Part shown: positions 1-9,100 of the stretch, one piece after another
Position numbering within the stretch: position 1 is the stretch's first letter
How the letters are laid out: every line of letters begins with the position of its first letter
Assembly (NCBI GenBank): GCA_947259485.1
Contig: CAMYLU010000005.1
Span: forward strand, 72,714 to 136,713
Reading direction: 5' to 3'
DNA: 64,000 bases
Source of the DNA: an uncultured Gammaproteobacteria bacterium
Lineage (GTDB): Bacteria > Pseudomonadota > Gammaproteobacteria > GCA-001735895
Program-made: the position numbers and the translations under genes
The notes under the pieces: model-generated
What the model was told of the DNA's origin: nothing
Databases searched by the model: none
The model's input: only the letters and a program-made list of their open reading frames with translations

Positions 1-253
1 GCCTGCTGGTTATTGTCGGTGCCTTCGCCCAGCTCTACATCATCATCGTCGGTGGGCAGGCGTATCCGCTCAACATTTTCCCGGGTTATATCGTGGAAAG
101 CAGCTTCTTCGATGGTGTGATCAACGAATATACTCCGAGCCTGTGGGAATTTCTGCTCGGGTTCGGCGGGGTTACCGGCGCGCTGTTGATCGCACTGCTC
201 GGCATTCGGGTACTGCCCATCATGCCGGAAAGCCTGCCAGCCGAGGTACAATA
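1..253 (+). CDS. dsrP: DsrP C-terminal fragment (NrfD/PsrC-family membrane subunit of the DsrMKJOP complex); 5'-truncated by the window edge
   Basis: Frame starting at nt 2 translates to a hydrophobic C-terminus (LLVIVGAFAQLYIIIVGGQAYPLNIFPGY...GIRVLPIMPESLPAEVQ*) typical of NrfD-like proteins. It lies immediately upstream of a DsrN homologue, matching dsrP-dsrN-dsrR order. Confidence 0.6.
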
Positions 254-257
254 GGTT

Positions 258-1664
258 ATGGCTTCGCTATTTCTCTCCGCGGCACACAAATCATCGGGTA
301 AAACCACGCTCAGCATCGGCCTGTGTGCGGCCCTGGTCAAACGCGGCTTTGATGTGCAGCCTTTTAAAAAGGGTCCCGACTATATTGACCCGATCTGGCT
401 AGGGATGGCCGCCGGGAAACCCTGTTACAACCTCGATTTTTTCGTCGCCGGCCGACAGGAAACGATTGACGACTATTGTTACCGAGGGCAGGCAGCTGAT
501 ATTCGCCTGATCGAGGGCAACAAGGGACTGCATGACGGACTTGACCTGGATGGTAGCAATAGCAATGCAGCGTTGGCAAAAGCACTGAAGGCCCCGGTCA
601 TCATGGTCGTCGATGCCCGCGGCACCATGCGTGGCATCGCACCCCTGTTAATCGGCTACCAGGTGTTCGACAAAGAAGTCAACATCGCCGGTGTCATCGC
701 TAACATGACCGGCGGCCGGCGGCACGAATCCAAGCTGCGTGCGGCAGTCGAAGAATATACCGACATCCCGTTCCTGGGAGCAGTTGAAAACGACGCATCC
801 ATCGGCCTCGATGAACGTCATCTCGGGTTAATTCCCAGTTACGAGGACCCTGATTCCAGGCACAAGATCAATACTATTGCCGGCGTGATCGGCGATAACG
901 TCGACCTGGATAAACTGGTCGAAATAGCGCAACAGGCAAAATCGGTTAAGCCGGCAACATCGCCATTGCTGCGCAAGCCCGAATTTACCGGTTTGCGTAT
1001 CGGCATTGCACAGGACAGCGCCTTCGGCTTTTATTACCCCGGAGACCTCGAAGCATTCCGCCAGGCAGGCGCGCAGCTGGTTTCGATCGACACCACCCGG
1101 GATCAGTCCCTGCCCGCAATCGATGGGCTTTTTATCGGTGGTGGATTTCCCGAGCGCCATGCGGCAATGCTCGCCGCCAATGGCACAATGCGCAATTCGA
1201 TAAAAAACGCGATCGAAGCCGGCCTCCCAACCTACGCGGAATGCGGTGGCTTAATGTACCTGTCACGAAGCCTGACCTGGAATGAAGCCAGCTATGACAT
1301 GGTCGGCGTGCTCGACGCGAAGTCTGTCATGCACGAAAAATCCCAGGGTCGTGGCTACGTTAAACTCGGCGAAATCGAAGGTCAGCATCCCTGGACTTTT
1401 CAACGTCAGCCCGGCAATGATTTACATGCGCATGAATTTCATTATTCAGCGCTACAGGGATTACCCGATGATGCCGTATATGCCTACCAGGTCCTGCGAG
1501 GCAAGGGGATCCGGCAGCAGCATGACGGATTCGTTTACAAGAATTTACTCGCCTCTTATAGCCACCTGCGCGACACCGCGGCGAATCCCTGGGTGAAACG
1601 CTTTTTACACTTTGTGCAACTCAACAAGGCTTCGCCTGTAACCGAGGTCGCTAATGCCCTGTAA
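258..1664 (+). CDS. dsrN: DsrN, cobyrinic acid a,c-diamide synthase homologue (siroheme amidase of the dsr locus)
   Basis: 468 aa with a CobB/CbiA-family ATPase N-terminus (AAHKSSGKTT P-loop-like) and a glutamine amidotransferase C-terminus (ECGGLMYL). It is followed by a DsrR-like gene. Confidence 0.75.
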   Translation: MASLFLSAAHKSSGKTTLSIGLCAALVKRGFDVQPFKKGPDYIDPIWLGMAAGKPCYNLDFFVAGRQETIDDYCYRGQAADIRLIEGNKGLHDGLDLDGSNSNAALAKALKAPVIMVVDARGTMRGIAPLLIGYQVFDKEVNIAGVIANMTGGRRHESKLRAAVEEYTDIPFLGAVENDASIGLDERHLGLIPSYEDPDSRHKINTIAGVIGDNVDLDKLVEIAQQAKSVKPATSPLLRKPEFTGLRIGIAQDSAFGFYYPGDLEAFRQAGAQLVSIDTTRDQSLPAIDGLFIGGGFPERHAAMLAANGTMRNSIKNAIEAGLPTYAECGGLMYLSRSLTWNEASYDMVGVLDAKSVMHEKSQGRGYVKLGEIEGQHPWTFQRQPGNDLHAHEFHYSALQGLPDDAVYAYQVLRGKGIRQQHDGFVYKNLLASYSHLRDTAANPWVKRFLHFVQLNKASPVTEVANAL

Positions 1665-1672
1665 TCCCCGCC

Positions 1673-1987
1673 ATGATTAGTCTCTCTGCCACGGCCCTGG
1701 AACAGATTAAGCTTTCCACGAACCAGGATGAAAATCACTCGCTGCCAATACGTATCGCCATCAAGGAACAGGACGACGGCAGTTTTCACTACGCCATGGG
1801 ATTCGATGAACAACGGCTGCCGGGTGACAATTTTCTGAATTTTGACGGTGTCAACCTGGTTGTCTCCGAGGGCAGCAAGGACCTCGCGGAGGGTATGACC
1901 ATCGACTTCGTCGAGCTGGAACCCGGTAAACCCGAGTTTATATTCCTCAATCCCAACGACCCCACCTATGTCCCACCCCGGAAGTAA
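1673..1987 (+). CDS. dsrR: DsrR, IscA/HesB-like protein lacking cysteines
   Basis: 104 aa with an IscA/HesB-like fold signature (ISLSATALEQIK...). It contains no Cys at all, as described for DsrR. Its position directly after dsrN supports the call. Confidence 0.65.
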   Translation: MISLSATALEQIKLSTNQDENHSLPIRIAIKEQDDGSFHYAMGFDEQRLPGDNFLNFDGVNLVVSEGSKDLAEGMTIDFVELEPGKPEFIFLNPNDPTYVPPRK

Positions 1988-2050
1988 CAGTTCCACCAGG
2001 CAGGTTCGCTCGATCGTTTAAATCGGTATACTTGCGAGAATAAGGAAGCA

Positions 2051-3709
2051 ATGAAACCGTCTTATTCGACCGACTTTCTCGCTATGTCCGGACACGATCC
2101 ACATTTACTGCGCAAGACCAACCTGTTTAATGCATGGTTTGTCAGGCTCGATAAAGAAAAACGTAACCTGCTGAAAAGCGGCAGGTTTCGACTGTTATTC
2201 CTGTCCTTTTCAATTCTGATCCTGTTGTTGTTGAACCTGATTGGCGTGGTAAAGCCCGACAGCGCTCTTGCCATCAGCTTACAAGATTACGTCGTCTGGA
2301 TGCACACTTTGGAAATCGTGCTACTGCTGTTGCTGTTCTGGGAGATCTGGCGTGAACTATTGCAACCGTTGTTACGACTGTGCGACTGGGCGGACTTGAT
2401 GCGCGGCGTCAATCTCGATGCGCAGGTCGAACTAAGCAGCGACAGCGATTTCTCCGAGCTGGCTCGCGACATCAACATGCTCGGCAACATGATTAATCAA
2501 CTCTCGCGCGATACCGAGACCCAGCTGCAAAAACATACCGACTACATCACGCGCGAGTCGAGGTCACTGGCGATACTTTACGATGTCGCCTCAAGCATAA
2601 ACGCGTCGCGTGACCTTAACGAGCTGTTCGAAAAATCGCTCGAATCCCTGTGCAAAAACTTAAACGCCAGCGCCGGAATTATTCGCCAGTTTATAGGCAA
2701 AAATAAAAAAGATATCGTCGCTTCTCTCGGCGACATAAATCATACCTTCCTCTCGAGCGCCGATCACTTTCTGTCGATTGACTATCCATCTGGTGATATC
2801 AAGCTCGATAGCATTTACCGCATTGACAGCCTTGACCATAAAACCGTGTTTGGTCCCGGTAGCACGCATCGGCAGGAAAAGGTACGGGTGCTGTCGATAT
2901 TGCTGCAGTACCGCGAAGGCATACTCGGTGCGATTCATTTGTTTTTTGAAGATGATGGCTCGGTCGATCTTGAAGACTACAGCGAGCTGCTGCTGAGCAT
3001 CGGCCAACACCTCGGCAGCGCGGTGGAGAAATTTCGCCTGCTCGAGGAAGAAAGTGAATTGCTGGTAATGCAGGAACGAACCCGGTTATCGCACGAACTG
3101 CATGATTCGCTGGCACAAACCATCGCCAGTTTACGCATCCAGATTCGCGTCATCGACGAGACTTTTCATTCGAATGATGAAAAGGCCATCTGGCACCAGA
3201 TGGAACGCATCGAGTACACCATCGACCAGGCTAATCACCAGTTGCGTGAGTTGATCGCCCATTTCCGGGTACCCATTCATGAGCAGGGCCTGATCCCTTC
3301 GATCGAGGATAACGTTCGCCGCACCCAGCAAGAAATGGGCATCCCCGTCTATTTTCAGAACGAATGGCCGGAGCAGGAATTTAGCGCGGAAGTCGAACTC
3401 AACGTGCTGCGCATTGTTCAGGAATGCCTGGTTAATATCCGCAAGCACAGCCAGGCCGAGGTCGTTCGGGTATTACTCAGTTACCGTGAGGGCGACAATA
3501 TCGTGTTAATCGAGGATGACGGTATCGGGTTTGACGAATCGTCGATCATATCCGAAGGGGGACGTCACCTGGGCCTGAATATTCTGCGCGACCGGGCAAG
3601 AGAAATTAATGCCAGCATCGATATCGAAAGTGAGCCCGGTGACGGGACCCGGATACACTTGCAGTTCAAAGCCGAGCCGGTAAAGGCGCTACTCGAATCC
3701 ACTGGCTGA
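2051..3709 (+). CDS. Sensor histidine kinase (2 TM - HAMP - GAF-like - HisKA_3 - HATPase_c; NarX/NarQ-like but without a periplasmic domain)
   Basis: Two closely spaced TM helices are followed by an H-box typical of HisKA_3 (RLSHELHDSLAQTIASL). The C-terminal ATPase has N/G-box-like motifs (IEDDGIGFD, GGRHLGLNILRDRA). An AAGGAAG RBS precedes the ATG. Confidence 0.8.
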   Translation: MKPSYSTDFLAMSGHDPHLLRKTNLFNAWFVRLDKEKRNLLKSGRFRLLFLSFSILILLLLNLIGVVKPDSALAISLQDYVVWMHTLEIVLLLLLFWEIWRELLQPLLRLCDWADLMRGVNLDAQVELSSDSDFSELARDINMLGNMINQLSRDTETQLQKHTDYITRESRSLAILYDVASSINASRDLNELFEKSLESLCKNLNASAGIIRQFIGKNKKDIVASLGDINHTFLSSADHFLSIDYPSGDIKLDSIYRIDSLDHKTVFGPGSTHRQEKVRVLSILLQYREGILGAIHLFFEDDGSVDLEDYSELLLSIGQHLGSAVEKFRLLEEESELLVMQERTRLSHELHDSLAQTIASLRIQIRVIDETFHSNDEKAIWHQMERIEYTIDQANHQLRELIAHFRVPIHEQGLIPSIEDNVRRTQQEMGIPVYFQNEWPEQEFSAEVELNVLRIVQECLVNIRKHSQAEVVRVLLSYREGDNIVLIEDDGIGFDESSIISEGGRHLGLNILRDRAREINASIDIESEPGDGTRIHLQFKAEPVKALLESTG

Positions 3710-3713
3710 GGCG

Positions 3714-5168
3714 ATGGCGAAAAGAATTTCACTTTCACGTGCGGCCCGCCTCGTCGGGGTAAAACGGGGAGTCCTGCAACAACAAATCAGGTCGGGAGAG
3801 TTGCAAACCTTCGAAGGTGAAATTGTATTGTCAGACCTGCTGCATGCTTATCCGGACGCCCAGATCGAGGATTCAAGCATGCTCGAACGGGTTGAGCAAA
3901 TCATCGAGCAGGCCACTTTCATCAATCCCGATAGCATCGCGCGCAAGCCTGACAATGTCGCCCTGACCGCGCGCATCATGTCGTTGAGCGAGAACCTGTC
4001 ACGACAAAAACGACTACTTGATCGCTACCAGCGCTTTACCGATGAACTGCGCGCTGAAATCAACAGGCTCGAGGCACAGCCCGATGCGATGCAACAACTG
4101 GGTTCCTGGGTTGATCAAGCCACGGCCAGAATTCCGACAGACGATGATACAATAGATCAACCATTCGTTAACGAAACGTTTTTACGTGTTATGTCGGCAC
4201 AGGCAACAGTCATTCCCAGCGGTCACGAGTTCTTCGTTGAAGGTGCAGAATCTATTCTGGAAGCGGGCCTGCGCGGGGGACTGGCGCTCAATTACGGATG
4301 CAGTAACGGCAACTGCGGCCTGTGCAAGATCCGTGTAGTGTCGGGAGAAACCCGCAAAATAAAACATCACGATTATGCACTTACCGAGGCTGAAAAAGGC
4401 ATTGGCTATGTGCTGGGTTGCTGCAACACTGCGATATCCGATGTCGTGCTCGAAGCCGACGAGGCACAGAGCACCAAAGACATCCCGACGCAGAACATTC
4501 CAATCAGGATAAAAAAAATCGATCATCCCGACGCCGATGTTTTAATCGTCAGCACGCGAACGCCACGCACCAGTCGGCTACGATTTCTTGCGGGCCAGCG
4601 CGCAACGCTTTCGATTGACCAGGTGGGTTCGGGATTTTATCCGATTGCAAGCTGCCCCTGCGACGATATGAATTTACAGTTCCATATCGGGCTCGATAAA
4701 CGGGACCCTGTCGCGAACTACCTGGATGAATCTGCAAAAGCAAACGACCTGTTAACACTGGAAGGTCCGGTCGGCTCATTCGTTCTCAATGAGAACTCTT
4801 CCAATCCCCTGGTATTCATCGCCGAGGGCATTGGATTCGCGTCCATCAAGGGCCTGATCGAGCACGCCATGGCGCTCGATGTAGCGGAAAAGATTTTCCT
4901 GTTCTGGATAGCCGACAGCGAAGATTCTCACTATCTCAACAATCTTTGCCGTGCCTGGAATGATGCGCTGGACAACTTCGAATACATCCCGCTCGACGCT
5001 GAAGCCGGCGAGCATCCAGGAGACAGCATCCTCGAACAGCTGCAACAGGATGATCCCACTGGTTTCGATTATTACCTCTGTAGTGGTGATAAAATTCGGG
5101 CCGGGGTAGAGCAATTTTTTGACAGGCAGGCAATTCCGAAACAACAGGTTATGTTCGAGACCTTATAG
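3714..5168 (+). CDS. Fusion protein: N-terminal HTH_17/MerR-like DNA-binding domain, coiled-coil linker, plant-type [2Fe-2S] ferredoxin domain and FNR-like FAD/NAD(P)-binding oxidoreductase domain
   Basis: N-terminus is LSRAARLVGVKRGVLQQQIRSGEL, an HTH pattern. Ferredoxin Cys motif is GCSNGNCGLC...LGCC. FNR-like motifs are RFLAGQRATLS and an EGIGFAS NAD-binding glycine-rich loop. The gene is packed between the HK (5 nt gap) and the RR (17 nt gap). Confidence 0.65.
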   Translation: MAKRISLSRAARLVGVKRGVLQQQIRSGELQTFEGEIVLSDLLHAYPDAQIEDSSMLERVEQIIEQATFINPDSIARKPDNVALTARIMSLSENLSRQKRLLDRYQRFTDELRAEINRLEAQPDAMQQLGSWVDQATARIPTDDDTIDQPFVNETFLRVMSAQATVIPSGHEFFVEGAESILEAGLRGGLALNYGCSNGNCGLCKIRVVSGETRKIKHHDYALTEAEKGIGYVLGCCNTAISDVVLEADEAQSTKDIPTQNIPIRIKKIDHPDADVLIVSTRTPRTSRLRFLAGQRATLSIDQVGSGFYPIASCPCDDMNLQFHIGLDKRDPVANYLDESAKANDLLTLEGPVGSFVLNENSSNPLVFIAEGIGFASIKGLIEHAMALDVAEKIFLFWIADSEDSHYLNNLCRAWNDALDNFEYIPLDAEAGEHPGDSILEQLQQDDPTGFDYYLCSGDKIRAGVEQFFDRQAIPKQQVMFETL

Positions 5169-5185
5169 ATGAAAGGACACCTATC

Positions 5186-5848
5186 GTGAGTTTAAAAGTT
5201 TTACTAATCGACGATCACATGCTGTTTCGTGAAGGCCTGATCAGCCTGCTGCAACGGCGTAACATCGAGGTTCTTGCTGCGGTCGGTGATGGCAACGAGG
5301 GTATCAAGCAGGCGCAGGAATTAGAACCCGACATTGTCTTGCTCGATAAGCGCATGCCGGTTATCGATGGTATCAGCGTGTTGAAGCATTTGAAAAAGCT
5401 CGGTTTGACCATGCCAATCGTTATGTTGACAACCAGTTCGAACGAGCAGGATTTGCTCGACGCACTCAAGGCAGGCGCAAGCGGTTACCTGCTCAAGGAC
5501 ATGGAACCCGATGGCCTGGTATCGGCGTTACGCGATATTCACGTCGGCAAAACGGTGGTGGCACCGCCGCTAACCTCGGTGCTGGTGCGTTTTGTCAAGG
5601 GTGATATGACGGTTTCACAATCGAAGGGACCGTTCAGTGAGTTAACCCCGCGGGAAAGCGAGATCCTCGAACTGATGGCCGAGGGCCAGGGTAACAAGCT
5701 GATTGCCCGCAACCTCGGCATATCGGATGGAACCGTAAAGCTACATGTCAAGGCAGTACTCAGGAAGCTCAATGTGCATTCACGCGTCGAAGCCGCGGTC
5801 ATGTACATCGAGCACAAGCACCGGGTCGAGGACCCGGTCGAGGAATAA
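5186..5848 (+). CDS. Response regulator, NarL/FixJ family (REC + LuxR-type HTH)
   Basis: GTG start with an AAAGGA RBS. REC motifs are present (LLIDDHMLFREGL, DIVLLDKRMP). The C-terminus has a LuxR HTH (LTPRESEILELMAEGQGNKLIARNLGISDGTVKLH). Confidence 0.85.
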   Translation: MSLKVLLIDDHMLFREGLISLLQRRNIEVLAAVGDGNEGIKQAQELEPDIVLLDKRMPVIDGISVLKHLKKLGLTMPIVMLTTSSNEQDLLDALKAGASGYLLKDMEPDGLVSALRDIHVGKTVVAPPLTSVLVRFVKGDMTVSQSKGPFSELTPRESEILELMAEGQGNKLIARNLGISDGTVKLHVKAVLRKLNVHSRVEAAVMYIEHKHRVEDPVEE

Positions 5849-5944
5849 CCGTCTGTAAAACCATTTGCGGCAATTTGACCCAGGACAAAATCCGGGAATT
5901 CGGCGGAGAGTAAGCTGAATCTAAATTCCTGAGGAGGAAAGGAT

Positions 5945-6292
5945 ATGATGCCGATTACCGTCGAATTTATCGTCAAAAATGGTGATAAATCACTTAAAGA
6001 AGATAGCGTAACTTTCCGTAATCCCGAGGAATTGTTCGCTTACATAGCACCCGGCGGGGGTTGCGAGCATATGCCTTCCGACCTGGGGGAGATCCAGATG
6101 GTCTTCCTGCCCCCGGAGCATCCAAATATCACCAGTCCCATCGCGGACAAGCGCGTCACCCTGCAACTCGGAATCGTGTTAATCACCGGTCCCCTGTCGA
6201 CGATCGTTCAGGTTTCCCAGGAAATTATCGACAAGGTCGGGCGCGCGGAAGTATCCGAGGCCTTCCTGGCGGTGATTGGTGCCAATTACTGA
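5945..6292 (+). CDS. Hypothetical protein (115 aa)
   Basis: Strong RBS GAGGAGGAAAGGAT precedes the ATG. No recognisable domain. Confidence 0.45.
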   Translation: MMPITVEFIVKNGDKSLKEDSVTFRNPEELFAYIAPGGGCEHMPSDLGEIQMVFLPPEHPNITSPIADKRVTLQLGIVLITGPLSTIVQVSQEIIDKVGRAEVSEAFLAVIGANY

Positions 6293-6396
6293 CTAGTGGA
6301 ATCATCATTACCTGTTGCATACTGCGCTTCTATTAACAGGGATGTAAGCCGCAGCTTTAGCAGGTAATATGGCGCGAAATTGGGCGTATCGACAGT

Positions 6397-8166
6397 ATGG
6401 CAATACGATCTCACTGTAACCGACGGCGAGGCAACTCCTTGAATAGAAATATCATTCCACGGCTAATAGCAGTTTTTGTTGCTACCCTGCTGAGCCTGTC
6501 TGTGGCCACGGCACAGACGGACCAGGCGGAGGCAACAGCGGCGACGCAGCAAGCTGCCGAGACCCAACAGGCCCAGTCGGTCCGCAAGCTACTCGCGATC
6601 AGGGAAGCATTGCAGGAAAAACGCGAACGGATCAGGGATTTACTCGAACAACTGGAAACCGCTGACGAGACTGACAAGGAAACGCTCAACCAACAGATCG
6701 ACACACTCCGGGAAACCATTGGTGAACTGACCAGATCCTTCGAAAATATCGCCGTTGGTGGTGCAAATTTACGTAACCTGACCGATGCCGAGGATAGCAA
6801 ACTGGACTGGCGCGACGAGCTGCTCCAGATCGCCCAGCCATTGTTAAACAGCCTCAAAGAAGCGACCGAGAAACCTCGCCGAATCGAAGAACTGCGCAGC
6901 ACGATTAACCTGTACGAGCAGCAACTGGAGGTTACCAGGAAGGCAACCGAGTCCATCGCACTGTTCGACCAGTACGAAATGCCGCCGCTGGTTGCCGAGG
7001 GATTGGCTAGCGTCGCAGTTTCATGGCAGGAGCGCAGCGAGGACATCGAACGTTCACTTGAAATCTCGCGCGTCGAGCTACGCAACCTCGAACAGGAGAA
7101 AATTAAACTATTCGAAACAATAAGCCGCGTCTTGAACGATTTTTTCTGGGGGCGAGGACTGACCTTGCTGCTCGCGCTAGTTACCGGCTTCGTCCTCTGG
7201 TTTGCGATGCGGACGCTGCGCCGGCTGGTAAAATCCTGGCGTCATCCTGCACAGCATCCAGACCACGCCGCAAAAATTCGCCTGCTGCTTTACGGATATC
7301 ACCTACTGACAATACTACTGGTATCGATGGCTGTGCTTTCGGTATTCTATATACGCGGTGACCTGTTATTGCTGACACTGGCAATTATCGCGCTGGTGAT
7401 GCTCGCTCTCGGCGCCTGGCGTTTCCTGCCGCGTTACGTTCAGGAAGCTCGCCTGTTGCTCAACATTGCCGCCGCCCGCGAGGGAGAACGGGTGATCTAC
7501 AACGGACTGCCGTTTCGCATCGCCTCACTTAACCTTTATTCGGAATTACGCAATCCCGAGCTTGAAGGCGCAATCCGTCTGCCCTTGTCGGCGCTAACCC
7601 AACTGACTTCGCGCCCTCGCACCAACGAAGCCTGGTTTCCCTGCAGTGCCGGCGATTACGTACTGCTGCCGGACGGAAGTTTCGGCCAGGTCCTCGAGCA
7701 AACCGTGGAACTGGTTCGGCTCAAGGTGATTGGCAGCATAGTACAGTTTGGCACTGCCGAGTTTTTACAACTTAATGTGCGCAATCTATCGCGTGAGGGC
7801 TTCGGCGTTATCGTGGTCTTCGGAATCGATTACCAGCACCAGCAGATATCGCTGACTGGGGTTCCCGAACGCTTCATGAGCGGCCTAAAAACCGCGTTCG
7901 AGCAGGCCGACTACGGCGACGATCTGAAAAACCTGCTGGTAGAGTTTAAAGAGGCTGGCACCAATTCCCTGGACTACCTGATATACGCGACCATGGAGGG
8001 TAGTGTCGCAGCCTCGTACTTCACGATAGCACGCCTGATACAACAGACCTGCGTGGACATATGCAATCACGAGGGCTGGGTTATTCCGTTCACGCAGGTC
8101 ACCATACACCAGGCAGACGATGAGGAACCGGCCGATATCCGCGGAAGTTTAGCGCAACCGGTCTGA
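6397..8166 (+). CDS. Mechanosensitive ion channel, MscS/MscK-like, with an N-terminal periplasmic coiled-coil domain
   Basis: A signal-like hydrophobic stretch and an extended coiled coil are followed by 3 TM helices and an MscS-type beta/C-terminal domain. The true start may be the in-frame TTG at 6439. Confidence 0.75.
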   Translation: MAIRSHCNRRRGNSLNRNIIPRLIAVFVATLLSLSVATAQTDQAEATAATQQAAETQQAQSVRKLLAIREALQEKRERIRDLLEQLETADETDKETLNQQIDTLRETIGELTRSFENIAVGGANLRNLTDAEDSKLDWRDELLQIAQPLLNSLKEATEKPRRIEELRSTINLYEQQLEVTRKATESIALFDQYEMPPLVAEGLASVAVSWQERSEDIERSLEISRVELRNLEQEKIKLFETISRVLNDFFWGRGLTLLLALVTGFVLWFAMRTLRRLVKSWRHPAQHPDHAAKIRLLLYGYHLLTILLVSMAVLSVFYIRGDLLLLTLAIIALVMLALGAWRFLPRYVQEARLLLNIAAAREGERVIYNGLPFRIASLNLYSELRNPELEGAIRLPLSALTQLTSRPRTNEAWFPCSAGDYVLLPDGSFGQVLEQTVELVRLKVIGSIVQFGTAEFLQLNVRNLSREGFGVIVVFGIDYQHQQISLTGVPERFMSGLKTAFEQADYGDDLKNLLVEFKEAGTNSLDYLIYATMEGSVAASYFTIARLIQQTCVDICNHEGWVIPFTQVTIHQADDEEPADIRGSLAQPV

Positions 8167-8210
8167 CAGGCCCTGCCGGGGTAAACCCGGGTGATTGATT
8201 GCAGATGGAT

Positions 8211-8534
8211 TTACAACAGCAGTATCAGGACGATGACTATCAACAGGAGATTGGTTGTGCTGACACCTGCACCCGCGGGTAATTCGGCAATTTGGCCCTG
8301 CAGGCTGGATATTTGCTGATCGGTCATCTGTTTAACGCGGTCGCTGGCTTCGATGGGGTCGATTCCAAGCTCAATTAATTGCTGTTCAACATGTTGACGT
8401 TCGGCGATGTTTCTAACCAATTGGGCGCGTTCTGGCTCGGCAATCAAATGAGGTGTTGATACCATCGCTGCGAAGGCGGTTGAGGTCGATAACCACAACA
8501 CGGCCATCAAGATTATTTTTACCGGGTATTTCAT
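8211..8534 (-). CDS. Small secreted/anchored hypothetical protein (signal peptide plus C-terminal hydrophobic tail)
   Basis: N-terminal signal peptide MKYPVKIILMAVLWLSTSTAFA and a C-terminal LLLIVIVLILLL anchor. Confidence 0.5.
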   Translation of the reverse strand: MKYPVKIILMAVLWLSTSTAFAAMVSTPHLIAEPERAQLVRNIAERQHVEQQLIELGIDPIEASDRVKQMTDQQISSLQGQIAELPAGAGVSTTNLLLIVIVLILLL

Positions 8535-8807
8535 TAATTTCTTCTCCTTATCCTATTTATTCAATCGCAGATTGAAAACTGTGAGAACCATGACCAAGCA
8601 TAGTTCATCGATCGAGGTCTGCACGCCCCAACCGGCGCACGAATCCCGGTTCTGTTGGCATCGATAACAACCAGGCTATTAAAATTGGAATAGGACAGGC
8701 TTTTTTATGCTGGCGTTGCTAGTTCAGGCAACCTAAAGATAGCCAAGCCGATATTTCAGACTAGGAACCTCAGAGCCGGGGTATTACGGTATAACGGCCA
8801 GGTAAAA

Positions 8808-8883
<76 letters not shown>

Positions 8884-9100
8884 GGCACGGTCATTGTAAC
8901 GCCAAGGCAGACTCTCGCAAGTTCCCGGCCAGGGTCGTCGATCGGCAGTGCTTCGCGTGCGATGTATTCAGGATGCAACGGTTGCGTTATGTTTCGCAAT
9001 CAGTTGCCTGTTAAAATAGGTGATTCCGAATTATCGGCCCGTGACTTTTTCCGTCCCCGCGAAGTCAAGGCTGAACTCTAACGATAAATGAGAGACCGCA

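Noticed and set aside
6411-7085. 224-aa minus-strand ORF
   Set aside because: Antisense to the N-terminal coiled-coil region of the MscS-like gene. Its Ser-rich low-complexity translation is typical of antisense to Glu/Leu-rich coding.
8171-8195. Possible bidirectional terminator hairpin (CCGGGgtaaaCCCGG) between convergent genes
   Set aside because: The stem is only 5 bp and there is no flanking U-run. Too weak to call.
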